A stretch of DNA of 32,000 bases from Candidatus Saccharimonadota bacterium (GCA_002952755.1 CP025011.1:150001-182000); one strand, 5' to 3'; positions 8,984-16,768 are shown, counted from the stretch's first letter. The notes: a model not told the origin generated them from the letters alone. Numbers and translations are program-made.

Positions 8984-9808
8984 CTACAAATCACCCGTAA
9001 AGAAAACCGGTGAAGTGGTGCTGTTCAGCGTATCGGAAGCGATAGCGTATGGGCTCGTGCCGACCCAGAACCAGCGGTAAATAGCCGCACCCCCGGCTAC
9101 CGGATAGTCATATTGAGTACCGGTGTATGGCGGGTATGTGCTGTTAAGAGGGTAAGGTGCCAACTCGGATGACTGCTGACTGGCGTAGGCAGTGCCCGTG
9201 TTTTGGATTTTGAGCTCTACCCAACCGCCCGTGTTGTAGACACGAGTAACATCGACTTTGCAAACATTGCTGTTTGTCAGGCTCTCGTCGTACTGATAGG
9301 TGGAACCATTCCATACGTACAAGTAGGCGTAGTACGTACCTTCTACCCCGTAAAATGCAGGATAGCTGGTGCTGTTTGCCGCTACACTTGTGTAGATGTC
9401 CCGAGAACCGCTACCATTGTACAGTCGAACTTGAACGTACTTCGCGGCAGCCGTAGTGTTACTGACTGGCGTGTATACCAGATTCTTGTAACAGTAGTTA
9501 TACGGTGTCGCAAAATCTACGTTCGAGACCGCGCCCACCATTGGCATTGCGCTCGAAGCTGTAGGTTCGTACACGCCATTTACATCCGTTTGTACCAAGG
9601 CCGTCGGCCCTAGTTTCTGCATCGGTTTAGCTGCTTTAACATCCGGCGCTTTGGCTTGCGGTCCCGAAATCGTATTAGTAGTCGGAGGTTGCTGCGGTTT
9701 TTGGCCGGAAGCCGGCGTTGCAAAAGCAGAACCGCTGAGCGCGGCCAATAAAAACACGCTCAAACCCACCCCGCTTATCGCGGTGCGTAATCTTGCTAAG
9801 TTTCTCAT
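8984..9808 (-). CDS. Secreted protein, Tyr/Thr/Asn-rich beta-type domain, unknown function
   Basis: I chose the ATG at 9808, with AAGGA upstream, because it begins a clear signal peptide (MRNLARLRTAISGVGLSVFLLAALSGSAFA). The track's start at 9943 adds 45 residues with no signal peptide. Confidence 0.65.
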   Translation of the reverse strand: MRNLARLRTAISGVGLSVFLLAALSGSAFATPASGQKPQQPPTTNTISGPQAKAPDVKAAKPMQKLGPTALVQTDVNGVYEPTASSAMPMVGAVSNVDFATPYNYCYKNLVYTPVSNTTAAAKYVQVRLYNGSGSRDIYTSVAANSTSYPAFYGVEGTYYAYLYVWNGSTYQYDESLTNSNVCKVDVTRVYNTGGWVELKIQNTGTAYASQQSSELAPYPLNSTYPPYTGTQYDYPVAGGAAIYRWFWVGTSPYAIASDTLNSTTSPVFFTGDL

Positions 9809-10123
9809 GTTTTTCCTTGTATTTAAGTTAATCGCGCACGCGTGCCAATTTCTCACTATACTGTATCGTGCACCTGCACCTATCGATTTTTTGCTATGTA
9901 GTAGACGTAATTGTCCGTATAATAAATTGTCATCCAAGAGCATTCTTTAAATTTTTATTTTTGAGCATAGTAGGGCTGATATTTGGCTCTAACCTGTGTA
10001 AGAATGCTGTACCATGCACCAATAACAGATACGTAGACGATCACAAATGGTCGTCTTTTATTTTGGTTTGTTTTCTATCTAATCTGTCTCATACTCCTTC
10101 GGGCGGTAAGTTATACTTTTTAT

Positions 10124-10675
10124 ATGAAAGCTATAATGTATCCCGCTATTACGCTTGATGGCTTCATCTCTGATTTAGACGGAGAGTGCTATTCCTGGAT
10201 TAGTGACGAAGATGAAAAGCATTACACGCAAGCTATTGCGAAAGCTGGCTGTGTACTTCTCGGTCGTAAGACGTATGAACAATATCCCGAAGACTTTCCA
10301 CCTAAAAGCGGCGCGACGGCCTTTGTATGGACCACTCGTACAGACCAGCAAGATAAAGAACGCGTTAAATTCGTTCGCGGTACTCCTCAAGAAGTATTGC
10401 AGCAAATAGCAGCATGTGGCTTTTGCGATGTTATCGTTAGCGGCGGTGGAGAGGTTAACGGCTCTTTAGCTGAAGCGGATCTTATAGATGAAATTATCGT
10501 GAGTATTTACAATGTCGCTATCGGCGAAGGCATTCCACTATTTGGCTCGCACAAACCAAAGCTGAAGCTCGAATTACTCTCAACCACCAAGGAGATCGTA
10601 GGGATCGTTAAAAATCACTATAAAGTTAATCGTAGGGACCCAGGTCAAGGCGCTCCAAGTTCTGATAAAGCCTGA
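10124..10675 (+). CDS. Dihydrofolate reductase-like (RibD C-terminal domain) family protein
   Basis: The motifs are ITLDGFI, LLGRKTYE and VSGGGEVNGSLAEADLIDEIIVSIYNVAIGEGIPLF. TATACT at 10112-10117 lies 6 nt before the ATG. Confidence 0.7.
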   Translation: MKAIMYPAITLDGFISDLDGECYSWISDEDEKHYTQAIAKAGCVLLGRKTYEQYPEDFPPKSGATAFVWTTRTDQQDKERVKFVRGTPQEVLQQIAACGFCDVIVSGGGEVNGSLAEADLIDEIIVSIYNVAIGEGIPLFGSHKPKLKLELLSTTKEIVGIVKNHYKVNRRDPGQGAPSSDKA

Positions 10676-10742
10676 CGATCTCCGGTTACAAAGAATTCCA
10701 CCCTTTATCCGCTGAGCGTATCATGTGTCGTACACAGAGATA

Positions 10743-10773
10743 AAGATGGCCATATAAGGCCATCTTTTATTTT
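10743..10773 (+). terminator. Intrinsic terminator
   Basis: The 9-bp stem AAGATGGCC/GGCCATCTT has the loop ATATAA and is followed by TTATTTT. Confidence 0.7.
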
Positions 10774-10835
10774 GCAAGTATTTCTTTATCTGGTGCAGTG
10801 TTCAAATCACTTAATGGCAAGCGCAATGAGACAAG

Positions 10836-10864
10836 TTGACTTTATACTATTCCTTTAGTATAGT
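10836..10864 (+). promoter_or_regulatory. Sigma70-like promoter of the padR operon with an embedded inverted repeat (candidate PadR operator)
   Basis: The promoter is TTGACT (10836-10841), a 17-nt spacer, then TATAGT (10859-10864), with the ATG 9 nt downstream. The spacer contains the perfect inverted repeat TATACTA (10843-10849)-N6-TAGTATA (10856-10862). Confidence 0.6.
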
Positions 10865-10873
10865 ACCTAAGGT

Positions 10874-11251
10874 ATGGTTGTAGCATTAAGCAAATATGAG
10901 ACCCAGCTACTTGAAGGCTGGGAAGAGGTCTACAAGCGTGGACAGCTCACGCTTTGGATCATGCTCGCCTTAAAAAACGGCCCTAAATATATGGCCGATA
11001 TCAAGAAGTACATAGAATCGCAGACCCAAAACGCTGTCACGGCTGATGATCAAAGCATGTACCGTGCCCTCCGCCGTTATACAGAAGCGGAAATGGTCAC
11101 CTTCACCGCCGAGCCAGCACAAAAAGGGCCTGATCGAAAAGTATATGAATTGACCGAAATAGGCACTCATGTACTGGAACAATTTGTAGTCCGAAACCTG
11201 CACGGCCTGATGCAGCAGCCTATTGTAAAAACATTAATTAAGGAACAATAA
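10874..11251 (+). CDS. PadR family transcriptional regulator
   Basis: The winged-helix pattern is LTLWIMLALKNGPKYMADIKKYI...SMYRALRRYTEAEMV...KVYELTEIG. Confidence 0.8.
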   Translation: MVVALSKYETQLLEGWEEVYKRGQLTLWIMLALKNGPKYMADIKKYIESQTQNAVTADDQSMYRALRRYTEAEMVTFTAEPAQKGPDRKVYELTEIGTHVLEQFVVRNLHGLMQQPIVKTLIKEQ

Positions 11252-11253
11252 CC

Positions 11254-11736
11254 ATGAAGCAACGCGACATTATTTTTAAGCTCGGTCTCGCATTACAGCT
11301 GATCTTAATTCCGGTAGCACTGCTCTGGAGATTCAGCCAGGAGGCAAATTATTATAACTGGGTTATTAGCTCTAGCTTCATAATCGTGGTAGGCCTGTTT
11401 TTCTGGCCGCAGACATTACTCGGCCGCCTGAAGCGATTGTCAGCAATAAAACTGCAACTCGCTCTAACACTGGTACTCTTAACTATAAGCTGGGCTGTGT
11501 ATATATACTTTCATCACTATGTAGGTTCTCACGGCACTTACGCCGCCATCTACTCTGTGAACTGGGAATCACTTTTTCATATTCGATGGGTAATGCTGCT
11601 CGGTCCTGGCATCAGCCCATCTACTGCGCTCCTCATGACATTCGCAATTCTTGCGCTGCCTTGCGCCAACCTGTATCGTTATAAGCTTGACCGCAAACGC
11701 ATCAACGGCATTAAAAAAGACGACTTGTTTGTATAG
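11254..11736 (+). CDS. Integral membrane protein (4-5 TM) co-transcribed with padR
   Basis: It starts 2 nt after the padR stop and has several hydrophobic helices. No family was recognised. Confidence 0.6.
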   Translation: MKQRDIIFKLGLALQLILIPVALLWRFSQEANYYNWVISSSFIIVVGLFFWPQTLLGRLKRLSAIKLQLALTLVLLTISWAVYIYFHHYVGSHGTYAAIYSVNWESLFHIRWVMLLGPGISPSTALLMTFAILALPCANLYRYKLDRKRINGIKKDDLFV

Positions 11737-11770
11737 TACGACTTTGGCAACTATCGTCCCTCAAAGCAAG

Positions 11771-11876
11771 ATGAGTAAACCGGACTTTTCGGTAAAGCTA
11801 GGTGATTTAAAAAGCCGGGTGGACGTATAAAATAAATAACTTTGAGATGACAGAAGAGGAATTGCTCGTCTCATGA
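11771..11876 (+). pseudogene. Possible remnant of a type II antitoxin gene upstream of vapC
   Basis: There are two tiny ORFs in different frames. The first is MSKPDFSVKLGDLKSRVDV* (11771-11830). The second is MTEEELLVS* (11847-11876), and its TGA overlaps the vapC ATG in the classic ATGA arrangement. No intact antitoxin-sized ORF fits in the 136-nt gap. Confidence 0.3.
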
Positions 11877-12271
11877 ATTACCTTCTTGATACGCATATAC
11901 TGCTCTGGCTACGATTTAGCCCAGAAAAGTTGAACGCAAGTCAACGCGATGCTTTAGAATCTCCAGAGGGAGAAAAGTTCATAAGTTCACTTAGCGCATG
12001 GGAAATCAGTCTCCAGTTTTCGCTAGGAAAACTGGACCTAGGTGGCCATACTCCTGAGGAATTTATCGCAGGTGTGTATGGATTAGGTATAAAGATGGTT
12101 ACTCCGACTCCAGAACAGTATGCTACATATCATCTTCTGCCTAAAATTGATGGCCATAAGGATCCGTTTGACAGAATGATTATTTGGCACGCCATACAAG
12201 GCGGCCTGACACTCATTTCAAGCGATCAGAAAATTTCCGATTACAAACTACACGGGCTTAGTACTATCTAA
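11873..12271 (+). CDS. vapC: PIN-domain ribonuclease toxin (VapC family)
   Basis: The N-terminus is LLDTHILLW, and further acidic PIN residues lie in SAWEISL, DPFDRMI and ISSDQK. The 132-aa size is typical. Confidence 0.8.
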   Translation: MNYLLDTHILLWLRFSPEKLNASQRDALESPEGEKFISSLSAWEISLQFSLGKLDLGGHTPEEFIAGVYGLGIKMVTPTPEQYATYHLLPKIDGHKDPFDRMIIWHAIQGGLTLISSDQKISDYKLHGLSTI

Positions 12272-12335
12272 GAAACATATATGAAAGTCCTTACTATATC
12301 TGGGCACCTATGTCGGGCAACTGGGCGGTTCCCTC

Positions 12336-12917
12336 TTAGCTTTCGCGCTCTATCTCGCGTTCGAGCAGTTCGCGGATAATCTCCGAGCGGGACTTGCCGG
12401 TTTTGTATGATGCCCAGCGAAGGTAAGTGTGGATTTTTCGATCGATAAAGAAGTTAAAGCGTAGGTCTTTGGTGCTAATGTTGTTTTCCTGCAGAAAGGA
12501 GCGGACGGCGGTATCCAGTTCGTCCATGGTTTCGTACTCGACGTTACGCACGAAGTCTGACGACAAGCTGGAGCGGAAGGTACCGCCCAATGAACCACCA
12601 CGGGTTAGAATAAGTGTTGGCTTTTTGGCTTGGATAGCGAGACAGGTTTGATATCCTGTCGAAAAACTGCGTGCCGTGGCTTCAACGATGACCACCTCAG
12701 CTTTACCTAGGGCATCAACCTGTGCTTTGTTTATCTTCTTCCAGTCAGCTATACGGACCTCTTCGTCGTAGCGACCTTCTACGATCATGGCGTAGACTTC
12801 TTCGATCCATTTGCGGGTCACTTTATGTTTGCCTTCTTCGATGAGCTTCAAAATCTCACGGAAGTAGGGCATGTCTGCCTCCATATCTTTTCGCGAAGCA
12901 ATAAAATGTACGTACAT
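12336..12917 (-). CDS. Nucleoside 2-deoxyribosyltransferase-like (flavodoxin-like fold) domain fused to a C-terminal ribbon-helix-helix DNA-binding domain
   Basis: The N-terminal 150 aa follow the NDT-like pattern (AEVVIVEATARSFSTGYQTCLAIQAKKPTLIL). The C-terminal 45 aa look like a CopG/Arc RHH (RFNFFIDRKIHTYLRWASYKTGKSRSEIIRELLEREI). A strong AGGAGG precedes the ATG. Confidence 0.6.
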   Translation of the reverse strand: MYVHFIASRKDMEADMPYFREILKLIEEGKHKVTRKWIEEVYAMIVEGRYDEEVRIADWKKINKAQVDALGKAEVVIVEATARSFSTGYQTCLAIQAKKPTLILTRGGSLGGTFRSSLSSDFVRNVEYETMDELDTAVRSFLQENNISTKDLRFNFFIDRKIHTYLRWASYKTGKSRSEIIRELLEREIERES

Positions 12918-13053
12918 ACTGAGTGTTGCACCTCCTATTAGGCAATATCGAGTGTCTCACCCACTCCTTTAAGCGTAGTATTTTTCCACAGCCATTACAA
13001 GTTATACATAAGTAGGATATTGATTTACTCATCAATGATATGTATATATGTAA

Positions 13054-13071
13054 ATAATATACGTATATTAT
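13054..13071. promoter_or_regulatory. Perfect 18-bp palindrome in the divergent intergenic region (candidate operator)
   Basis: ATAATATACGTATATTAT is its own reverse complement. It lies between the RHH-fusion gene (start 12917) and the operon start (13310). Confidence 0.45.
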
Positions 13072-13146
13072 CACGACCAGCAAACTATAAAAGGAGCCGG
13101 GAAGATAGAGCTATTTCTGAGTAAAAGAATCTGGAGTTTCAACATA

Positions 13147-13177
13147 TAAAAAAGATCTGTGAGCGGTAACTCACAGA
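13147..13177 (-). terminator. Terminator-like hairpin with T6 tract on the minus strand, no obvious upstream gene
   Basis: The 8-bp stem is TCTGTGAG/CTCACAGA (13156-13163 and 13170-13177) with the loop CGGTAA. A6 at 13148-13153 gives TCTTTTTT after the stem on the minus strand. Confidence 0.4.
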
Positions 13178-13309
13178 CCCGTTGTTGTCTTAACGTTCAA
13201 GACTTACCAATGCTACCAGATGTAGGGTGGTATTGGCAATAATCGCCAGACAACGCAATTCGGGTACTCCACAATAGTTGCATAACCTAACACATCAACT
13301 AAAGGGGAG

Positions 13310-14356
13310 ATGATGAATACATTGTTCAACGTCGGCGTTATAGGGCTCGGCGAGCAGGGCTGGGATAACCTGCTGCCAAGCCTGGCTATGATGCGTGAAG
13401 CGAACATCAAGGCTGTGTGCGATCTGAATACGAGCCGTCGTGCACTTGCTGCACGCAATTACGGTGCGGCGCCATACAAAAATTACCTTGAAATGCTGGA
13501 TCAGGAAAGACTGGATGCGGTAATCGTTGCCAGTCACCCTGCAGTACACACTGCCGTGCTACAAACGACACTCGTTCGCGGTATTCCAACGTTTATTGAG
13601 AAGCCTCCCACGCTTTCAACTGTCGAATTATGCGATTTGATCGATCTGAATAGGGCTTACAAAACACCAACGGCTGTCGGTCTAAATTTCAGTTTCACTG
13701 ATCCCGTCTTGTTCGTAAAGAACATGATGGCCAAACCGGAATTCGGCAACTTAACTTACCTGCGCATCTGCCACTACGGCAACAAGCCAACAGGCACGAT
13801 GTGGGGGCTAGATAGCAAGGCGCGTTCATTCCTGCTGTCGCAGGCAATCCATCCGTTAGGGCTAGTGTTCGACCTAGGCCGTCCCACCGACGACCAGCCA
13901 GTTATCCATGCCTATGATGGCCGCGCAGGATTGCTCATTGATGTCCATATGCGTTTGGCCGATCGTCGTGGCCACACCTTTACTGCAGAGTTGCTCACTA
14001 CCTCCTCGTCGCCATTCTTTGAATGGGAGTTGCAGCTTATTAGCGACAAGGGGGTGATGGTGAACATTAATTCGCTATGGGAAGTGGAAGTATATTCGCA
14101 GCACCGCTCAAACCCAATGATCGAAAACCAGAAATGGTGGAGGGATATGTGGCGGCCGAGCCCGTTGTCGGGTGGATTCAAACGCAACGGCTACCAAAAC
14201 CAATTTGCCGCCTTCTTGGCCAATAGTACCGCAAAACGGACAAGTCATACGAGCATAGAGAATATGGTTCCCTTATACACACTAATGGATGAAATGGAGG
14301 AGGCTTGTGAAAGCTACCAACTCAGTCCTCGAAAACAAGTTTATCAATATCGATAA
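13310..14356 (+). CDS. Gfo/Idh/MocA family NAD(P)-dependent oxidoreductase
   Basis: The N-terminal Rossmann motif is VGVIGLGEQG. The family EKP motif appears in TFIEKPPT. GGGGAG precedes the ATG and the 348-aa length is typical. Confidence 0.8.
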   Translation: MMNTLFNVGVIGLGEQGWDNLLPSLAMMREANIKAVCDLNTSRRALAARNYGAAPYKNYLEMLDQERLDAVIVASHPAVHTAVLQTTLVRGIPTFIEKPPTLSTVELCDLIDLNRAYKTPTAVGLNFSFTDPVLFVKNMMAKPEFGNLTYLRICHYGNKPTGTMWGLDSKARSFLLSQAIHPLGLVFDLGRPTDDQPVIHAYDGRAGLLIDVHMRLADRRGHTFTAELLTTSSSPFFEWELQLISDKGVMVNINSLWEVEVYSQHRSNPMIENQKWWRDMWRPSPLSGGFKRNGYQNQFAAFLANSTAKRTSHTSIENMVPLYTLMDEMEEACESYQLSPRKQVYQYR

Positions 14357-15449
14357 ATCGGATATCGCAGTAGTAGTGCATGCTGTGGAGGCGCGCCAGC
14401 TTGCTGGCACGGCTGATGTAGTAATGGCGTACGAGCACGAATTGCAGACGTACTTTGGGGTCAAACACGCGCTGGCCGTATCAAGTGGCACGGCCGCGCT
14501 GCACCTGCTACTGTACTTGTTTGATATCAAACAAGGCGACGAAGTGATCGTGCCGCCGACCGCGCCAATAATGTCGGCCTTGCCGATACTTGCGGTTGGT
14601 GCGGTGCCTGTATTTGTTGACGTCGAACCAGACTCGATGGCCTACGATCTGCAGGACTTGCGACACAAGATAACTGCTCGCACCCGGGCGATCGTAACTG
14701 TGCCAATGTGGGGCTATCCGACCCTGTTGGGCGGGCTGCGTGAAATCGCACGAAAACATCAACTGCCGGTTATCGAGGACGCGTCACACTGTCACGGCTC
14801 GCGCAGCAAAGAAGGCTTAACGGGAACGATGGGCGATATTGGTTTCTTTAGCACTCAGGAGCGCAAGCTGGTCGCCACGGGCGAAGGTGGCTTTATTCTG
14901 ACCAACAGTAATGACTATGCCGACCGCGTACGTGAAATTCGAGACTTCGGTAAGCCGGTACGCAAGACGCTGGAACTCCAGGACTATCTAGGTCGGTATG
15001 GTTATTTGTTCGGGCTCAACTTTAGATTGGCGGCCATGTCTGCTGCGCTGGGTATCTCACAAGTGCACAAGCTACCCGCCAAAATTGAACAGCGCACGGC
15101 CAATGCTGCGTGTCTGCGTGAGGAGTTATCCAACATGGCCTGGTTGCGTGAAATCCACGTAGACGACGCCACGACGCCCAATTATTACTCCATGCTCATG
15201 CGGGTGGATCACCCTACAATGAGCGCTAGCGGAGTGGCCCAAGCTCTGTACGAACAAGCCATCGTGTCCGATACATATCGGTTTGGCATCCAGCCTCTGT
15301 ATAAGTTGCCAATATTTAGCGCATACGAGACCGACTGTCCGAATGCAACCAGCTTGCTCAGCCGCATCATCACACTGCCTACGCACGAGGGTCTCTCAAT
15401 GGCCGATCTCAAACGGATTATTTCTGCCTTGCAAAACCTGGCACCGTAA
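14289..15449 (+). CDS. DegT/DnrJ/EryC1/StrS family PLP-dependent aminotransferase
   Basis: The motifs are AVSSGTAALHLLL, IEDASHCHG and FFSTQERKLVATGEGGFI (PLP-lysine context). The start is either the ATG at 14289 or the GTG at 14307 after GGAGGAGG. Either start overlaps the upstream gene by 50-68 nt. Confidence 0.8.
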   Translation: MKWRRLVKATNSVLENKFINIDKSDIAVVVHAVEARQLAGTADVVMAYEHELQTYFGVKHALAVSSGTAALHLLLYLFDIKQGDEVIVPPTAPIMSALPILAVGAVPVFVDVEPDSMAYDLQDLRHKITARTRAIVTVPMWGYPTLLGGLREIARKHQLPVIEDASHCHGSRSKEGLTGTMGDIGFFSTQERKLVATGEGGFILTNSNDYADRVREIRDFGKPVRKTLELQDYLGRYGYLFGLNFRLAAMSAALGISQVHKLPAKIEQRTANAACLREELSNMAWLREIHVDDATTPNYYSMLMRVDHPTMSASGVAQALYEQAIVSDTYRFGIQPLYKLPIFSAYETDCPNATSLLSRIITLPTHEGLSMADLKRIISALQNLAP

Positions 15450-15477
15450 CGTTAATTAATGATAGAGGGAGAGATCT

Positions 15478-15969
15478 ATGAGTTTACTTGAATCAACGGA
15501 AAAGCACGTTCGCCACTTTACCGTAACTGGGTATGTGATGAATAAAGACCACACAAAACTGCTACTAGTGCAGCACAAGAAGCTTGGCAAGTGGCTCCCT
15601 CCAGGCGGACATTTGGAAGCAAATGAGCTGCCGCACGAGTGCGCTATCCGCGAGACATTTGAAGAGACAGGCGTCCGAGTAATTCTGGTTAAAGATCCTA
15701 CCGAGCCGGACTTTACGCTCAAGGGTACGGTGGATGTGCAAATTCCTCGTCCGTATGCCCTGCAATACCAGTTAATACCCCAAAACAGCAAAGACCAAGA
15801 GCATATTCACTTGGATATGGTGTATGCGCTGGAGGCCGACGAGTCGGTTCTGCTGCAGGCGCAGGAGCGTGAAGTCGCCGGTGTTGAATGGTTGAGTAAA
15901 GAGGAGGTTTTGGCTGCCGACAATGTGTTTGATTCGGTGAAGAGCTTCGCTCGCCTTAACCTGAAGTAG
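15478..15969 (+). CDS. Nudix hydrolase
   Basis: It has a complete Nudix box, GGHLEANELPHECAIRETFEETGV (GX5EX7REUXEEXGU). GGGAGAG precedes the ATG. The product is 163 aa. Confidence 0.9.
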   Translation: MSLLESTEKHVRHFTVTGYVMNKDHTKLLLVQHKKLGKWLPPGGHLEANELPHECAIRETFEETGVRVILVKDPTEPDFTLKGTVDVQIPRPYALQYQLIPQNSKDQEHIHLDMVYALEADESVLLQAQEREVAGVEWLSKEEVLAADNVFDSVKSFARLNLK

Positions 15970-15978
15970 CGCGGATGT

Positions 15979-16683
15979 ATGGCAACTATTTTAGGCTTTA
16001 ACGGTAAGATAGGTTCTGGCAAGACGACTGCGGCCAGCAAGCTCCACGAGATTGTCGGGCCAGCACGCGCTGGGCATGTGGAATTTTCGGATGCCATGCT
16101 GGCGCTCGGGAATGACTGGATGAGCCGTATAGGGTGGGTGAACGCTGCTGGTCCGAGAGAAGTTGAAATGCTGCGGGCTGCAGCGTCAGAACGCTACGGA
16201 ATTACGGTGAGCGCCGAACAAGCCGCCCGGCTCGATGTGGGAGCATTAGCGGGCTATTTGGCAGCTCGGCAGTCGCTGCCAGTGGCTGAGCGCGCGGTAG
16301 TATTAGATAACAAGGAAGCGCACCGGCCGCTCTTGCAGTGGCTGGGGCACCAAATGATGACGCATGTCGATAGGCGCTTCTGGTCTCGAACCGTAGAAGC
16401 GACTGTGAGCGCCGAACGGGACATGGGCAAACACTTGGTGACGGTCGGTGGTGTGCGCCATCCGGAAGATGCAGATACTATCCATGGTCTCCACGGACTC
16501 GTTTTGGAGGTGGTCAGACCAGACGTTTCACATGAGCTCCAGACGCATCTGAGCGAAGGCGGCTTGCCACCGGAAAGGGTAGACGTCCAAATACATAACG
16601 ACGATGGTTTACTGGGCTTGCAACGAAAAATGGAACAGTTCTGGACCGATCTACAGGCCGGCACCCCATCTCGATTATATTAA
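15979..16683 (+). CDS. P-loop kinase resembling phage-type deoxynucleoside monophosphate (dNMP) kinases
   Basis: The Walker A motif is GFNGKIGSGKTTAA. The sequences HRPLLQWLGHQMMTHVDRRFW and VTVGGVRHPEDADTIHGLHGLVLEVVRPD match the R.LLQ.LG...R....W and DVRFpNE....GG..v.V.RP pattern I associate with phage dNMP kinases. Confidence 0.6.
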   Translation: MATILGFNGKIGSGKTTAASKLHEIVGPARAGHVEFSDAMLALGNDWMSRIGWVNAAGPREVEMLRAAASERYGITVSAEQAARLDVGALAGYLAARQSLPVAERAVVLDNKEAHRPLLQWLGHQMMTHVDRRFWSRTVEATVSAERDMGKHLVTVGGVRHPEDADTIHGLHGLVLEVVRPDVSHELQTHLSEGGLPPERVDVQIHNDDGLLGLQRKMEQFWTDLQAGTPSRLY

Positions 16684-16768
16684 AGCGCCAAGCGTGGCTC
16701 TGATACTCCCCATCCCCATTACAGCGACGCGGCGATTATTGTGCTGGTTGATATATAATATACTTACT

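Noticed and set aside
9203-9950. Plus-strand ORFs (136 aa, 60 aa and 99 aa) opposite the secreted-protein gene
   Set aside because: The minus-strand reading has a signal peptide, an RBS and a terminator. The plus-strand ORFs have none of these.
8851-10105. 10-nt direct repeat CCTTCGGGCG of the tRNA 3' end (8851-8860 and 10096-10105) as att sites of a 1.2-kb islet
   Set aside because: The repeat is only 10 nt, which is close to chance expectation given the freedom of choosing any sub-word of the tRNA end. No integrase is present and the enclosed gene has its own terminator.
12283-12290. GAAAGTCC, resembling the conserved RNase P RNA core motif
   Set aside because: It sits in a 64-nt convergent spacer, which is far too short for RNase P RNA, and none of the other conserved elements is present.
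12856-13083. 75-aa minus-strand ORF in the AT-rich divergent region
   Set aside because: It overlaps the 5' end and RBS of the RHH-fusion gene and consists of AT-rich repeat translation (YVYYLHIYI). It is not credible as a gene.
16604-16768. Long upstream extension of the 16769 ORF
   Set aside because: It overlaps the kinase gene by 80 nt in another frame and translates to a non-protein-like sequence. A -10 box lies directly before the internal ATG.
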